Positions 34,858 through 44,609 of a DNA stretch of 64,000 nucleotides are shown here, piece by piece. This DNA comes from a virus. Both the position numbers and the translations under genes were made by a program. The stretch is from positions 112,661 through 176,660 of the IMG/VR virus record IMGVR_UViG_3300028558_000001, one strand, 5' to 3'. Numbering within the stretch: position 1 is the first letter of the stretch; each line of letters opens with the position of its first letter. The notes beneath the pieces were generated by a model, which searched no databases, was not told where the DNA came from, and worked only from the letters and a program-made list of their open reading frames with translations.

Positions 34858-35235
34858 TTAAAACTTCTTCCCGCCTGTAGCCTCGCGGTTCTCTAGCTTA
34901 TGGTCGGCTCTCTGCTTGTTGTATTCATTCTTCTCAGAGATTGCACCAGCTAGATCAAAGCCTTCTCTACCAGCATAATCAAAGATACGAATCATTGCAT
35001 CTGCTAGTTCAACTTCAACACCATTACGATGAGGTAGATGATCATCATTGCCGCCCTTACGAGCATACTCTAGTGCTTCTGATAACTCAGAATGGATTAG
35101 GGCAATGATAGTACCGTCTTCGCGTGGCTTCTTGTGCCATCCTGCATTAAAGGCGGTCTGATATAACTTACGCTGTACAGATGCAATCGCATCAATCTCA
35201 TTTTGTGTAATAACTAAATCTTCGTTCAATTTCAC
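34858..35235 (-). CDS. MazG-like nucleotide pyrophosphohydrolase
   Basis: LIHSELSEALE..RK, ELAD..IRI.D, K..YN..R. Confidence 0.8.
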   Translation of the reverse strand: MKLNEDLVITQNEIDAIASVQRKLYQTAFNAGWHKKPREDGTIIALIHSELSEALEYARKGGNDDHLPHRNGVEVELADAMIRIFDYAGREGFDLAGAISEKNEYNKQRADHKLENREATGGKKF

Positions 35236-35696
35236 TTTCCTTTCTTTTTCAAAGCCTTTTCGCGATGATAGCGATTGGCGCGAGCATAAAATACAACACC
35301 ATCTAGATTATCCATTAATTGCTGGAAGATTCTAGAAGTCAAACCTGTGAATGTTTTAGAATAAGTTTGTCCATCTGGACCTTCAAAACGAACACGAATT
35401 TCATGGTATCGTCTAACCTTACATGTGATACCGGGATTAGAAGCACAAACCTCATCTAATACAACGGTATTATCGTCAGACATATGAACAATACGTGGAT
35501 TGAAACATACGAATGATTCTGGATATGATCTAAGAGCAATTACTCGGTATTCATTACCGCATTGATTGGCAGATACCCCATAATAATTGGTATCTTCAAT
35601 AGAAGCTAATAAATCCTTGGCAAATGCTTCTGATAAATCAAAATCAGTAAAAACCCACTTCCTTGTAGGAATGGTCAACTTATTCTCAATTTTCAT
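35232..35696 (-). CDS. Peptide deformylase-like protein with degenerate active site
   Basis: GVSANQ, NP.I, EVCAS (for EGCLS), QQLMDNLDG (for QHExDHLxG). Confidence 0.7.
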   Translation of the reverse strand: MKIENKLTIPTRKWVFTDFDLSEAFAKDLLASIEDTNYYGVSANQCGNEYRVIALRSYPESFVCFNPRIVHMSDDNTVVLDEVCASNPGITCKVRRYHEIRVRFEGPDGQTYSKTFTGLTSRIFQQLMDNLDGVVFYARANRYHREKALKKKGK

Positions 35697-35698
35697 TA

Positions 35699-35944
35699 TT
35701 AGTCCCTTGTCATTTTAATATAAGGATGATTAGAGTATCCAGAGTAATCCCAATTGGGCTGATATTCTATCACTCTTAATTCATTGATACCTTTAGAAGT
35801 ATCAAAATAAGGATTGCTCTTTATCAAAGCAATCATTTCTTCTATCTTTTCTTGAGAATCATATATACCGATTATTTTTTCACCATATGTTAGGAGAATA
35901 CCATTATGGTCTGTATTATTCTTCAATACTAATACATATAACAT
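35699..35944 (-). CDS. Hypothetical protein
   Basis: ORF with AAGGA SD. Confidence 0.5.
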   Translation of the reverse strand: MLYVLVLKNNTDHNGILLTYGEKIIGIYDSQEKIEEMIALIKSNPYFDTSKGINELRVIEYQPNWDYSGYSNHPYIKMTRD

Positions 35945-35953
35945 TATATTTCC

Positions 35954-37654
35954 TTATCTAAGGATAGAGAATCCCTTTACTTTTTCAAATTCAATTGCAG
36001 GGAAGATGTTTTCAAGCCCTCGCGCATTGTGAGTAATAATAAAGCAATTTGAGTTGTTTGTCAACCCCTTTATTATCTCTACGAAACTTTCTACTCCCTC
36101 ACCGTCAAGTGAACCATCCAATACTTCATCGAAGATCATGAGATTCGTGGATACTGAATTTCTCATCTTGGCTACTTCTCTAAAAGCAAATAGTATTGCC
36201 AAGTCGATACGCATCTTTTCTCCCTGAGAGAATGAAGCATATGAGAATGTATCTCTATATCGTGACTTGATTGTTTCATTAAAGTTTTCGTCAAGTTCAA
36301 ACTGACATAGGAAATTGAAGCTTAATAGATAGTCATTAATTAGTTTATTAAGAACAGGAATAAACTGCTTAATAATTCTAGCTTTAATACCAGTATCTTT
36401 TAGAAGGATAGAAGCATTCCCAAGCAAATTGCGATCATTAAAAACACTATCGTATCTATCGTTAAGGACCGAAAGTTCATCTTGATATTCCTTAATTAAT
36501 TCTTCTGCATTTCCAATATTGAGATTAGTTAATTTCTTAATATCATTTTGTAATGAAATTATGTAGTCATTGGCAGATGCTATTTTAGACTTTGTAGAAG
36601 CCAATGAAGTCTTTAATCCATTAGCTGCCTTTTCCATATCAGAACAACGATTATATTCTTCTGATAAAATATCATACTTTTCAATTAGAACAGCTAGACC
36701 ATCTTCTTTAGACTCGATAGCTGCCTTCTTTGTTGTAATTTCAGAAGTCTTAAATTCAATGTCAATATCTTGTTGACACGTTGGACAGGTATCGTTCTTC
36801 TCATAGAATGATATTTCTGTTCTATAGTTCTTAATTAATGTTTCTACTTGACTTTTAACAGCAGATAGCTTTTGAAGCTTGGCATTAATCTCTTTGAAAT
36901 TTGGGATACCTACATCTTCGATCTGCCTAGTTAGAAGCTTTACTTGAAGTTGTAACTCTTCAATCTTATTTTCTGTATCATTAATTAAAGCTGTTTTCTC
37001 TTTAATAAGAATTTCATTATTGATTTTGGCGTTAGCGATATGTGTATGCTGAGACTTGATATTTGCCTGAACAACCTTACGATCTGTCTCAATAGATTCT
37101 AGTGCCGTCTTATTATCTGAAATCTTTGTCTTTAATAGAGCATTCATTACTGAGAACACTTCTAGGTCAAGAATATCTTCAATGACCGATCTACGTGGAG
37201 CAGCCTTTAATTCCATGAAAGGAACATATGAAGCTGATCCAAGAATGACTACTTGGACGAAAGTCTCATAATCTACCTTGAGGATTTGGTTCTCTAGAAT
37301 CTTTTGATAGTCTTTTTTATCGGCAGGAGGATTCTTAAGGACTCCATTCTCATACACTTCAAACTTAATAGGGGCAATTCCTCTAATAACTTTGTATTGT
37401 ATAGAACCAATATCAAACTCAAGCTCAACGACACAATCTTTCTTATTGATTGAATTAACAATCTGAGCAAGATTAATGTTTCTGAAAGGCTTCTTAAATA
37501 GAGCAAAGGTAATTGGATCGAGAAGGCCGGATGACTTACCGGCACCGTTCTTACCAGAAATAGTTGTTACCTGAGAACGATCTAATTCAATTTCAGTCCA
37601 ATTATTACCAAAACCAATAAAGTTCTTATAACGTACTTTACGAAAAATTATCAT
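35954..37654 (-). CDS. gp46: Recombination endonuclease ATPase subunit (Rad50/SbcC-like)
   Basis: GKNGAGKS, CPTC zinc hook, FSQGE, FDE..D. Confidence 0.95.
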   Translation of the reverse strand: MIIFRKVRYKNFIGFGNNWTEIELDRSQVTTISGKNGAGKSSGLLDPITFALFKKPFRNINLAQIVNSINKKDCVVELEFDIGSIQYKVIRGIAPIKFEVYENGVLKNPPADKKDYQKILENQILKVDYETFVQVVILGSASYVPFMELKAAPRRSVIEDILDLEVFSVMNALLKTKISDNKTALESIETDRKVVQANIKSQHTHIANAKINNEILIKEKTALINDTENKIEELQLQVKLLTRQIEDVGIPNFKEINAKLQKLSAVKSQVETLIKNYRTEISFYEKNDTCPTCQQDIDIEFKTSEITTKKAAIESKEDGLAVLIEKYDILSEEYNRCSDMEKAANGLKTSLASTKSKIASANDYIISLQNDIKKLTNLNIGNAEELIKEYQDELSVLNDRYDSVFNDRNLLGNASILLKDTGIKARIIKQFIPVLNKLINDYLLSFNFLCQFELDENFNETIKSRYRDTFSYASFSQGEKMRIDLAILFAFREVAKMRNSVSTNLMIFDEVLDGSLDGEGVESFVEIIKGLTNNSNCFIITHNARGLENIFPAIEFEKVKGFSILR

Positions 37655-37880
37655 TGTTACCTTTACTTAGGATAAACATCATAGTTATCGGCCAAATATG
37701 TAGCCAACTGGTCATAGGTATGAAAGTCAGTAGCATGATGATTTTCAACGAGATAATTACAAATCAAATATGCACCAGTACCAACATTAAAATTCTTTTC
37801 TAGATAATCAACAAAGAAATCAATACAATTTAAATGTTCTTCATACTTATATTGTGCTTGATGCAAATAATGTAAATCTT

Positions 37881-38522
37881 TCATTTTATACCTCTTTTAA
37901 TTCTTCCACGGTTCCAAGTATCATCTGGTGCTGTTTTTGAAAACTTTTCTTCAAAACCATTATTCCACCACATTACCCCGTCTTTTCTTTCTCTCAATAT
38001 ATTTTTAACTTCTTCTGAATGTTTCTTACCATAACTAGATTCACTTATCTTCTGTCTGGTTTCTTCTGAACGACATTTACTAAATTGAGGGTGATTTTCA
38101 CCAGAATTTAATTTGCTTAGTTTTTGTTTAGTCTCATCTGAGCGTATTTTACCTTTATTGGCTTTACTGATATTAGCTGCTCTATTCGGAGCAGCCGATA
38201 TTTTCTGACCCACTGTCAATAACTTATTAGGATCAGAAGACCAATGACCAACAGTAACATGTAAATTAAAATATCTAATTCTAACTTCTTCTGGTTTAAT
38301 CATATTAAGATAACGCTGTTCTTCTAAAAATAATTCCTGTCGGTTAGTATACACTCGTTTTATGATACGTCTTTTAAAATCTTCTGGTCTTCTTCGATAG
38401 GTATTTCTCATCCAGTTAGAAGAACAAATATACCCGTCATCTTCTGTTCCCCAATGGCAACCTACATAATATCTTTTATCACGCTTATCAAACCAAATAT
38501 AGACAAAACCATATTTTTCCAT
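37881..38522 (-). mobile_element. Free-standing GIY-YIG (Seg-like) homing endonuclease with NUMOD3-type repeats
   Basis: GFVYIW...YYVGCH..G...DGY..SS; repeated (R/H)S.E.K.K.S motifs. Confidence 0.85.
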
Positions 38523-38552
38523 AAATACCTCCTGTTAAAGAAGTATTTATGG
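38519..38552 (-). promoter_or_regulatory. Late promoter inside an SD/start-sequestering hairpin
   Basis: CCATAAATAC...GGAG-GTATTTATGG; 3' arm carries SD and ATG. Confidence 0.75.
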
Positions 38553-38563
38553 TTTTGTATGTC

Positions 38564-39619
38564 TCAGAACTTTCCCATCTGATTCATGGCATTGGTGAAT
38601 AAGTCGCCCATCAAAGTTTTCATACCAATTTTGTCGATTGGATCATCTAGCTCGTCAATGTAATGAGTGATGATAGAAAGAGTGCTTTCCAGTTCGATAT
38701 TCTCGATGGAATCAAATAGCACGATCTTTGAGGCTTCTGGAATTATAGTATAGTCACATGTTCCGGCATTGTCAAGCTCGGCCACAAATTCATCAAATTT
38801 AGATTGACTCTGTTTATTCTTAGGATTTACCTTAAGAATCATTCCCTCATATGCTTTTAAATCAATTTCTTGATCTTCGTCATAATCAACGATAGCATAC
38901 ATCTTGAATGGATTTTCAATGAATTCCAATTCTCTCGATTCAGTATCGAAAATATGAAATCCCCTTGGATCATTATAATCAGCCCAAGTGAACTCATAAG
39001 GAGCGCCAAGATACTCAATATTGGAATTACGAGACTTAGTATGATAATGGCCTGAAAAAACCCTATCGAATTTCTTATAGACGTTGGCACTTTCGCCATG
39101 CTGTGATACAATTCCTTTGTAAAATTCAAAACCAGCTAACTCAAGATGGCCGTAGACTACTTGTGCATCTGTAGCTTTAATTAGATTATAGGTATCATTT
39201 CTATTTTCTTCACAAATCCAAGGAACAAGCAGCATTTTTAAATTATCGAATACTACTTCTGTTGCTGTTTCATATAAATTAAATGGGTACTTGACGTTCT
39301 CAGAATGAAAGAGAACGTCAAGTGAATTTGGCTTTATGGTGCGAGAATGAAACTGATCATGATTGCCCATAATAAAATGGGCGTCAATACCCATATTAAG
39401 AATTGGATCGAGAAACGTCTTATGGAGCGAATCCGCCGCAAGATAGTTGATGAATTTACGAGAGTCAACTAAATCTCCACCATGAATGAGGGTCGTTACC
39501 CCGCGCTCCTTGAGGGCAGGGAAGAACACCTTATCATAAAATTTACGAAAGTAATCAAGAAAAATTGGGGAGGCCGATTTGACTCCCCAATGTGTATCAT
39601 TTATTAAAGCAATTTTCAA
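38564..39619 (-). CDS. gp47: Recombination endonuclease nuclease subunit (Mre11/SbcD-like)
   Basis: DTHWG, GDL.D, GNHD, GHLE, SGHYH. Confidence 0.95.
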   Translation of the reverse strand: MKIALINDTHWGVKSASPIFLDYFRKFYDKVFFPALKERGVTTLIHGGDLVDSRKFINYLAADSLHKTFLDPILNMGIDAHFIMGNHDQFHSRTIKPNSLDVLFHSENVKYPFNLYETATEVVFDNLKMLLVPWICEENRNDTYNLIKATDAQVVYGHLELAGFEFYKGIVSQHGESANVYKKFDRVFSGHYHTKSRNSNIEYLGAPYEFTWADYNDPRGFHIFDTESRELEFIENPFKMYAIVDYDEDQEIDLKAYEGMILKVNPKNKQSQSKFDEFVAELDNAGTCDYTIIPEASKIVLFDSIENIELESTLSIITHYIDELDDPIDKIGMKTLMGDLFTNAMNQMGKF

Positions 39620-39777
39620 TTTGATTCCTTATTCAATAGGAGGGATAGCGATAGCTTCCTCTAATTTCTTTTTAAAATATTCAATATCATCCCAAATGAT
39701 TGCCTCTTCTGGCGTAGGAAGAGTTGTTACAAATGAACCTTTATCTTTTTCAGTAGGAAGCCATTCATTCACACACA

Positions 39778-39969
39778 TTATTTCTTCCTTGAAGGTGATT
39801 TTGTAAATATACTATTTTTCTCAGCCTGTGTCAAGGCGCTTTGGCAATATTCAATAATAGCCTCAAGACGAATCTGATAATTGTAGTATTCGTTCTGGTT
39901 GATGGGCTTGGCGTTAATCTTCTGTGCTAGATCAACTACGATCTGCGGAATTAAATGGTCGTTATTCAT
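39778..39969 (-). CDS. Hypothetical protein
   Basis: Y..RLEAI.EYC motif, downstream of gp55. Confidence 0.55.
   Translation of the reverse strand: MNNDHLIPQIVVDLAQKINAKPINQNEYYNYQIRLEAIIEYCQSALTQAEKNSIFTKSPSRKK
39806..39834 (-). promoter_or_regulatory. Sigma70-type promoter upstream of gp47
   Basis: TTGACA-17 nt-TATATT. Confidence 0.6.
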
Positions 39970-40522
39970 CTACTACTTCCTCTACTGTTAGTTTCTTATT
40001 TTTCTTGGCTTTGACTTGATCTTCTATTCTTTTTTCATAATCACTGATAACAGAATAGTGATAATCCTGATTGAATGTAACATTCTTATCATGGGATAAC
40101 ATATTTTCATTAATTAAATCAATCTGATGCATCATATCAAAATTCTTATGCTTAACATAATGCTGCTTCATTTCTTTCTCTGCTCGATTGACGAAAGCGT
40201 TCCAAGCAATCTGAGTAAAGTAAGCGAATGGGTTCTGTGTTTCATGACCAATATCGAAGTTACCGATCTTCTCAATACATTTTTCGATTGCATCTGAAAT
40301 CATTTCCTGCTTATAATCGTCAGTATAGGCGTAGAAGCGGGAATGTTTCGTTAGCTTATTGGAAATTTGTATGATACACTCTCCAATATAGTTCATGACC
40401 TTATATGGTACTTCCTCTCCTGCCCTAGTAGCCTTCTGATATTCCACTAGATTCTCGTAGAAAGTACGGCCATTGATGTAGTTCTTATTGGTTCTTGGCT
40501 TATTACTTCGTGTACGTTTCAT
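39962..40522 (-). CDS. gp55: Late-transcription sigma factor
   Basis: NYIN, YIGEC, EMISD.IE.C, NPFAYFTQI..NAF; start reassigned to MKRTR. Confidence 0.92.
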   Translation of the reverse strand: MKRTRSNKPRTNKNYINGRTFYENLVEYQKATRAGEEVPYKVMNYIGECIIQISNKLTKHSRFYAYTDDYKQEMISDAIEKCIEKIGNFDIGHETQNPFAYFTQIAWNAFVNRAEKEMKQHYVKHKNFDMMHQIDLINENMLSHDKNVTFNQDYHYSVISDYEKRIEDQVKAKKNKKLTVEEVVDE

Positions 40523-40560
40523 ATTACCTCTAAAAATGTTATAAAAATTGTAAAAAGGAC

Positions 40561-40589
40561 TTGACATGTCTTTAAAAACTTGTTATAAT
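40561..40589 (+). promoter_or_regulatory. Consensus sigma70 promoter on the non-coding strand
   Basis: TTGACA-17 nt-TATAAT. Confidence 0.75.
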
Positions 40590-40767
40590 CCATATGTCTT
40601 TAGGAAGATAGTAACTGTTTTTAGCCACTTAAAAGTCCTAACAGTTAACCCATAGAAAATAGTCAACGAAGTTCTTTCCGAATGAAATGAGGAAAGTCAC
40701 AAAAATAAGACTAGTGTTTTTATTACTAGTCTTAAGGAGAAAACCATATTGGTATAACTATTTATGG

Positions 40768-42198
40768 TTATTTCAACTCTTTTGTGAAAAGCTGGTATTC
40801 AAAGCCTTCTTCGTTATACATCTTGATACGTTCAATGAAATGTTGAAGCGTATAGTTTTTGTATTTCTTATAAGAAAAATCATCTGATAGATCAACTAAT
40901 AGACATGATAACTTTTCTTTGCTCATTCTGAGACCTCTACCAATTGATTGTAGAGTTTTAATTCTAGCTTTAGATGGCGATGTAAAGACCATATTATGGA
41001 TTTTCTTAATAGAAATACCAGTAGTAAAAACATCAGATGCAATAACAATAACATCATCTTCTGCTTCTAGGATAGCTTTAATAGCATCCCGTTCCTCGTC
41101 CTCAACGTCTCCTGATACATAATATACTTTACGATCAGGTGCATGTTCTTTAAGAAGTTCATAAAGTGGAATACCATGCTTTTCTTTATATCTAAAGAGA
41201 ACTAGAGTATTTCCTTTAAGGGAAAGGATAAGGTTCTTGATAAAAATGTTTCGTCTAGGATGCTGTAGGATAAAGTCTAATTCTTGAGGATAATCAAGTT
41301 TACGACAAGCTTTCCTATCGGCTTCTGGATAACGAAGGGTAATTGCTTTGATTTTAATATCGGCTGCAAATCCTTGGTCAATCAGTTCTCTTGTTGTAAT
41401 ACCCCTAGAGATAATACCAAATAGACCCTTTAACTGCATTTCAGAAGTTTTAGAATCCTTTAGCGTTCCCGTTAGTCCGAAACGATATTTTGCATATGGT
41501 AGATTAGAAATTATCTTTGATAGAACAACAGCGTCAGCAGAATGTACTTCATCTACAATTACTAGGTCAAATTGATCAAACCAATCTTGATCTTTAATAA
41601 ACTGAATTGTCTGCCAAGTTAGGGTAATGATCTGTGCTTTGGAATTCTTATCAGAAGAAACATATTTATTTGCTTCATATCCATAAGAATCAAAGTCTCC
41701 ATATACCTGAGTGATAAGGCCGGTTAGTGGAGTAATGATCAGTGTCTTTAGATTATAATATCTAATAAGATAATACATCAACATAGTTTTACCTGATGAC
41801 GTAGCAGATAAAGTAATGTTACGAGAACTGTTTACTGACTCTACGAAAGACTGTACTTGATATTCTCTAATATCGAATTCAGATGGAATATTAAGAGACT
41901 TGATAAATTCAATAGCTTCGTCTCTCGTTATCTTAGGTTCATCGTCTTTTTCGAAGGCATATGTATAATCTCGTTCTTCACAGAACTTAATTAAATCTTC
42001 TTTAAGACCGACTGGAATGGTGTGTTCTTTGAGGTTGACAAGTTTAATCTTACCATCCCACCATCCCTTTTTAAACTTAGGATTCCATTTATAATTCTCG
42101 GCAAAGAAAGAAAAGCAGTCATTAAGTTCCATAAGGACAGACCGCTCACAATTAATTCTATATATAGATTCGTTTAGTTTTATGAATTCAATATGCAT
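40768..42198 (-). CDS. uvsW: SF2 DNA helicase
   Basis: REYQ, TSSGKT, DEVH, GLTGT, QSIGRGLR. Confidence 0.95.
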   Translation of the reverse strand: MHIEFIKLNESIYRINCERSVLMELNDCFSFFAENYKWNPKFKKGWWDGKIKLVNLKEHTIPVGLKEDLIKFCEERDYTYAFEKDDEPKITRDEAIEFIKSLNIPSEFDIREYQVQSFVESVNSSRNITLSATSSGKTMLMYYLIRYYNLKTLIITPLTGLITQVYGDFDSYGYEANKYVSSDKNSKAQIITLTWQTIQFIKDQDWFDQFDLVIVDEVHSADAVVLSKIISNLPYAKYRFGLTGTLKDSKTSEMQLKGLFGIISRGITTRELIDQGFAADIKIKAITLRYPEADRKACRKLDYPQELDFILQHPRRNIFIKNLILSLKGNTLVLFRYKEKHGIPLYELLKEHAPDRKVYYVSGDVEDEERDAIKAILEAEDDVIVIASDVFTTGISIKKIHNMVFTSPSKARIKTLQSIGRGLRMSKEKLSCLLVDLSDDFSYKKYKNYTLQHFIERIKMYNEEGFEYQLFTKELK

Positions 42199-42629
42199 TA
42201 GCCGCCACTAGACCATTTTAAGAATTCCCTAGCATTAGTGATATGGAAGCTTCTATTGCTAATTTCTTTTAGAATTGATGATAGCAGATCAACTAATTCG
42301 TCTTGCGCTGAAACTTTCAATACCATCTTGATAACATCTTGGTCAGAATTAACATAGTCCATTCCCATTGTTTTAATGATAGTTCCTGTTAGGATAGGCC
42401 AACCGCGAGCAGTAGTCTCATTAGTTGAACCTTTGGTGTAATACTCATATTTTTCATTCTTGAGTTTCTTTAGATCAGTTTCCCATTTAAGAGATTTTAA
42501 CTTCTCAGCTACATAGAATCTCTTATACTTTGCATGGAGTGATACAGACTTACGGCTTTCTTCTGCTAGATCAGTAATATCTAACTCTGAATCGACGGTC
42601 CATAGGTCTAGAATTTCATCAAACGTCAT
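42198..42629 (-). CDS. uvsY: Recombination mediator
   Basis: W..DS.LD..L..ES...LHAKY, R.F.I.NA; synteny. Confidence 0.85.
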   Translation of the reverse strand: MTFDEILDLWTVDSELDITDLAEESRKSVSLHAKYKRFYVAEKLKSLKWETDLKKLKNEKYEYYTKGSTNETTARGWPILTGTIIKTMGMDYVNSDQDVIKMVLKVSAQDELVDLLSSILKEISNRSFHITNAREFLKWSSGG

Positions 42630-42638
42630 TTATAATCC

Positions 42639-43160
42639 TTAGCTTTTTGTAATAATGTAATCTGTATATTTGAAAACGGCGGTAGTACTTAGATAGTTAA
42701 TATCATTAACTGTTGTATCGAAGTCTAATTGTGATAGGCCAACTGGATATGCATCACGATATGTAATGTTATAACTTGGATTTTTATTGGAATCTACTAC
42801 AATTACTGTAATATCTGATTTAATACCAAGTCCAGAAAACATGCTTTGATGTTCAATGCCATAATATTCTGTAGGGCTTTCATGAGCGGCAATCGCTAGA
42901 ATCCAGTTAAATATTTCAAACCAAGAACTTAGGTCTTCTGATACCTTATAACGAATACGTAAATCTTCCCATTTCATGTGATCGCCAACTTCTGGCAATC
43001 CCATCATGGGAGTGGCATACTCCGTGGGGGTTAGGGCAATTCCCGGTAGGTTAATCTTCTGAATAAACCAATCTACGTTTGGACACCTTTTAATTGTCAT
43101 AGCGAAATTAACAGGAGAAAGCATAGATTGGGTAGATGGATTCTGATCCAAAGCAGTCAT
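42639..43160 (-). CDS. gp3: Tail tube terminator / tail completion protein
   Basis: LSP..F...P.V..F.Q..NLPGI, GD...EDL, DAYP..L. Confidence 0.85.
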   Translation of the reverse strand: MTALDQNPSTQSMLSPVNFAMTIKRCPNVDWFIQKINLPGIALTPTEYATPMMGLPEVGDHMKWEDLRIRYKVSEDLSSWFEIFNWILAIAAHESPTEYYGIEHQSMFSGLGIKSDITVIVVDSNKNPSYNITYRDAYPVGLSQLDFDTTVNDINYLSTTAVFKYTDYIITKS

Positions 43161-43181
43161 AGGAGTCCTTTTATTTTTATA

Positions 43182-43210
43182 AGTATATAGTATTTATTAA
43201 CGTTTGTCAA
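43182..43210 (-). promoter_or_regulatory. Sigma70 promoter with a nested late ATAAATA
   Basis: TTGACA-17 nt-TATACT; ATAAATA in the spacer. Confidence 0.6.
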
Positions 43211-43259
43211 CAGCTTAAATAGTAAATAAGCAGTATTTTCTCAATTTAAAGGTAAAGGA

Positions 43260-44009
43260 ATGTCAGATAAAAAGTTTTTTATCTATATCATAGGGTCAAC
43301 TCATCAACTTAGACAACCATATGATACTTGTTATATGTATTACGGCGACAATATGGAAGTCGAATGGAATAGATGTTCTAATGCAGATTCTAAAATTGGA
43401 CGTTATATTAGAATGAATAATTTGAGCTTTGATAAAAACTTCATGGTCATTCATTTTGGTAGTTTCGATCAATGCCGTGAAATATACAAACAGAATAGAC
43501 CAGTTCATGGATTGGGTTTAAATGATGAAGCTGATGAAGAACATTACAAAAAGAAAGTGTCTAACTGGAAAGCCCCAACTAAAAAGCCTTGGGAAATGAC
43601 CAGAGAGGAATATAAGGCATGGGAAAAGAGACAGTCTGGAGAAAATCTAGGTAAAGGAAAGGGATTTAACTTTAAAGGACAATTGAATCCCAATGCCGTT
43701 ATCTGGAAGATAACTGATCCAGAGGGAAATGAAACTATCATTGAAGGTGGAATCAGAAATTACTGTAATGAACATAATATATCTGAATTTACATTAAAGG
43801 ATCATCTAGGAGACGTTATTCAGGAACCAAACTATAGTTCTGATAACGGTCAATGTAATGGATATATCCCTAAGAGCGAAGAATTACATAAAAGAAGGCT
43901 TAATACGGTAGGATTTAAACTTGAACGCTTGACTCCGAAGAAGTTTAGGTATAGAAAGGACTGGCAAAGAGATTTGGGGATAAGGGTTTATAAGAACCTT
44001 CGTCCATAA
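43260..44009 (+). CDS. Homing-endonuclease-like protein (degenerate GIY-YIG plus NUMOD-like domain)
   Basis: FIYII...YMYYG N-terminus; G..NPNA..W.ITDP.G...C.EHNI. Confidence 0.5.
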   Translation: MSDKKFFIYIIGSTHQLRQPYDTCYMYYGDNMEVEWNRCSNADSKIGRYIRMNNLSFDKNFMVIHFGSFDQCREIYKQNRPVHGLGLNDEADEEHYKKKVSNWKAPTKKPWEMTREEYKAWEKRQSGENLGKGKGFNFKGQLNPNAVIWKITDPEGNETIIEGGIRNYCNEHNISEFTLKDHLGDVIQEPNYSSDNGQCNGYIPKSEELHKRRLNTVGFKLERLTPKKFRYRKDWQRDLGIRVYKNLRP

Positions 44010-44030
44010 ACGTTATGAAAGGAAGTAATA

Positions 44031-44561
44031 ATGGCAGACATATGGTTTATTTCAGATACCCATTTCGGGCATCGAAACATTCTAACATTTAAAGAAGAAG
44101 ACGGACGCCCTGTTCGCGGTCAATTTTCTACAGTTGAAGAAATGAACGAACATATGATTAATGAATGGAACAAGCTTGTTAAACCTCAAGACAAGGTTTA
44201 CCACCTTGGCGATGTTGGTTTTGGATCATTCATTAATGATGGTATTCTTTATCGTCTTACTGGAAAAAAGAGACTTGTTCTTGGAAATCATGATGATAGG
44301 TATCTCAAGAACAATGAGTTTACCAAGCATTTTGATAAGATTATGCTTTGGAGAGTATTCAAGGGATTTGATTTTATCTGTACTCACGTTCCCCTAAGAG
44401 AAGATCAGTTTAGGGATGGGTGTACATTTAATGTTCATGGTCATATCCATACACGCCCTCTTGCTTCTAAAAATCATGCGGCTGTCTGTGTAGAGTTGAC
44501 TGATTACCGTCCACTTCATCTAGACGAAGTTATGCAGAAGATCAAGGAAACTAGACAATAA
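44031..44561 (+). CDS. Calcineurin-like metallophosphoesterase
   Basis: SDTHFGH, LGD, GNHD, H.P, HGHIH. Confidence 0.9.
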   Translation: MADIWFISDTHFGHRNILTFKEEDGRPVRGQFSTVEEMNEHMINEWNKLVKPQDKVYHLGDVGFGSFINDGILYRLTGKKRLVLGNHDDRYLKNNEFTKHFDKIMLWRVFKGFDFICTHVPLREDQFRDGCTFNVHGHIHTRPLASKNHAAVCVELTDYRPLHLDEVMQKIKETRQ

Positions 44562-44590
44562 AAAAGGGAGGCTAAATGCCTCCCTAATTT
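44560..44590. terminator. Bidirectional intrinsic terminator
   Basis: AGGGAGGC/GCCTCCCT flanked by A- and T-rich runs between convergent genes. Confidence 0.75.
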
Positions 44591-44609
44591 GTTTCTTAAT
44601 GTGAATAGA

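Noticed and set aside
40687-40887. + strand 66-aa ORF downstream of the antisense promoter
   Set aside because: No clear SD, overlaps the uvsW end and the hairpins, composition unlike real genes here.
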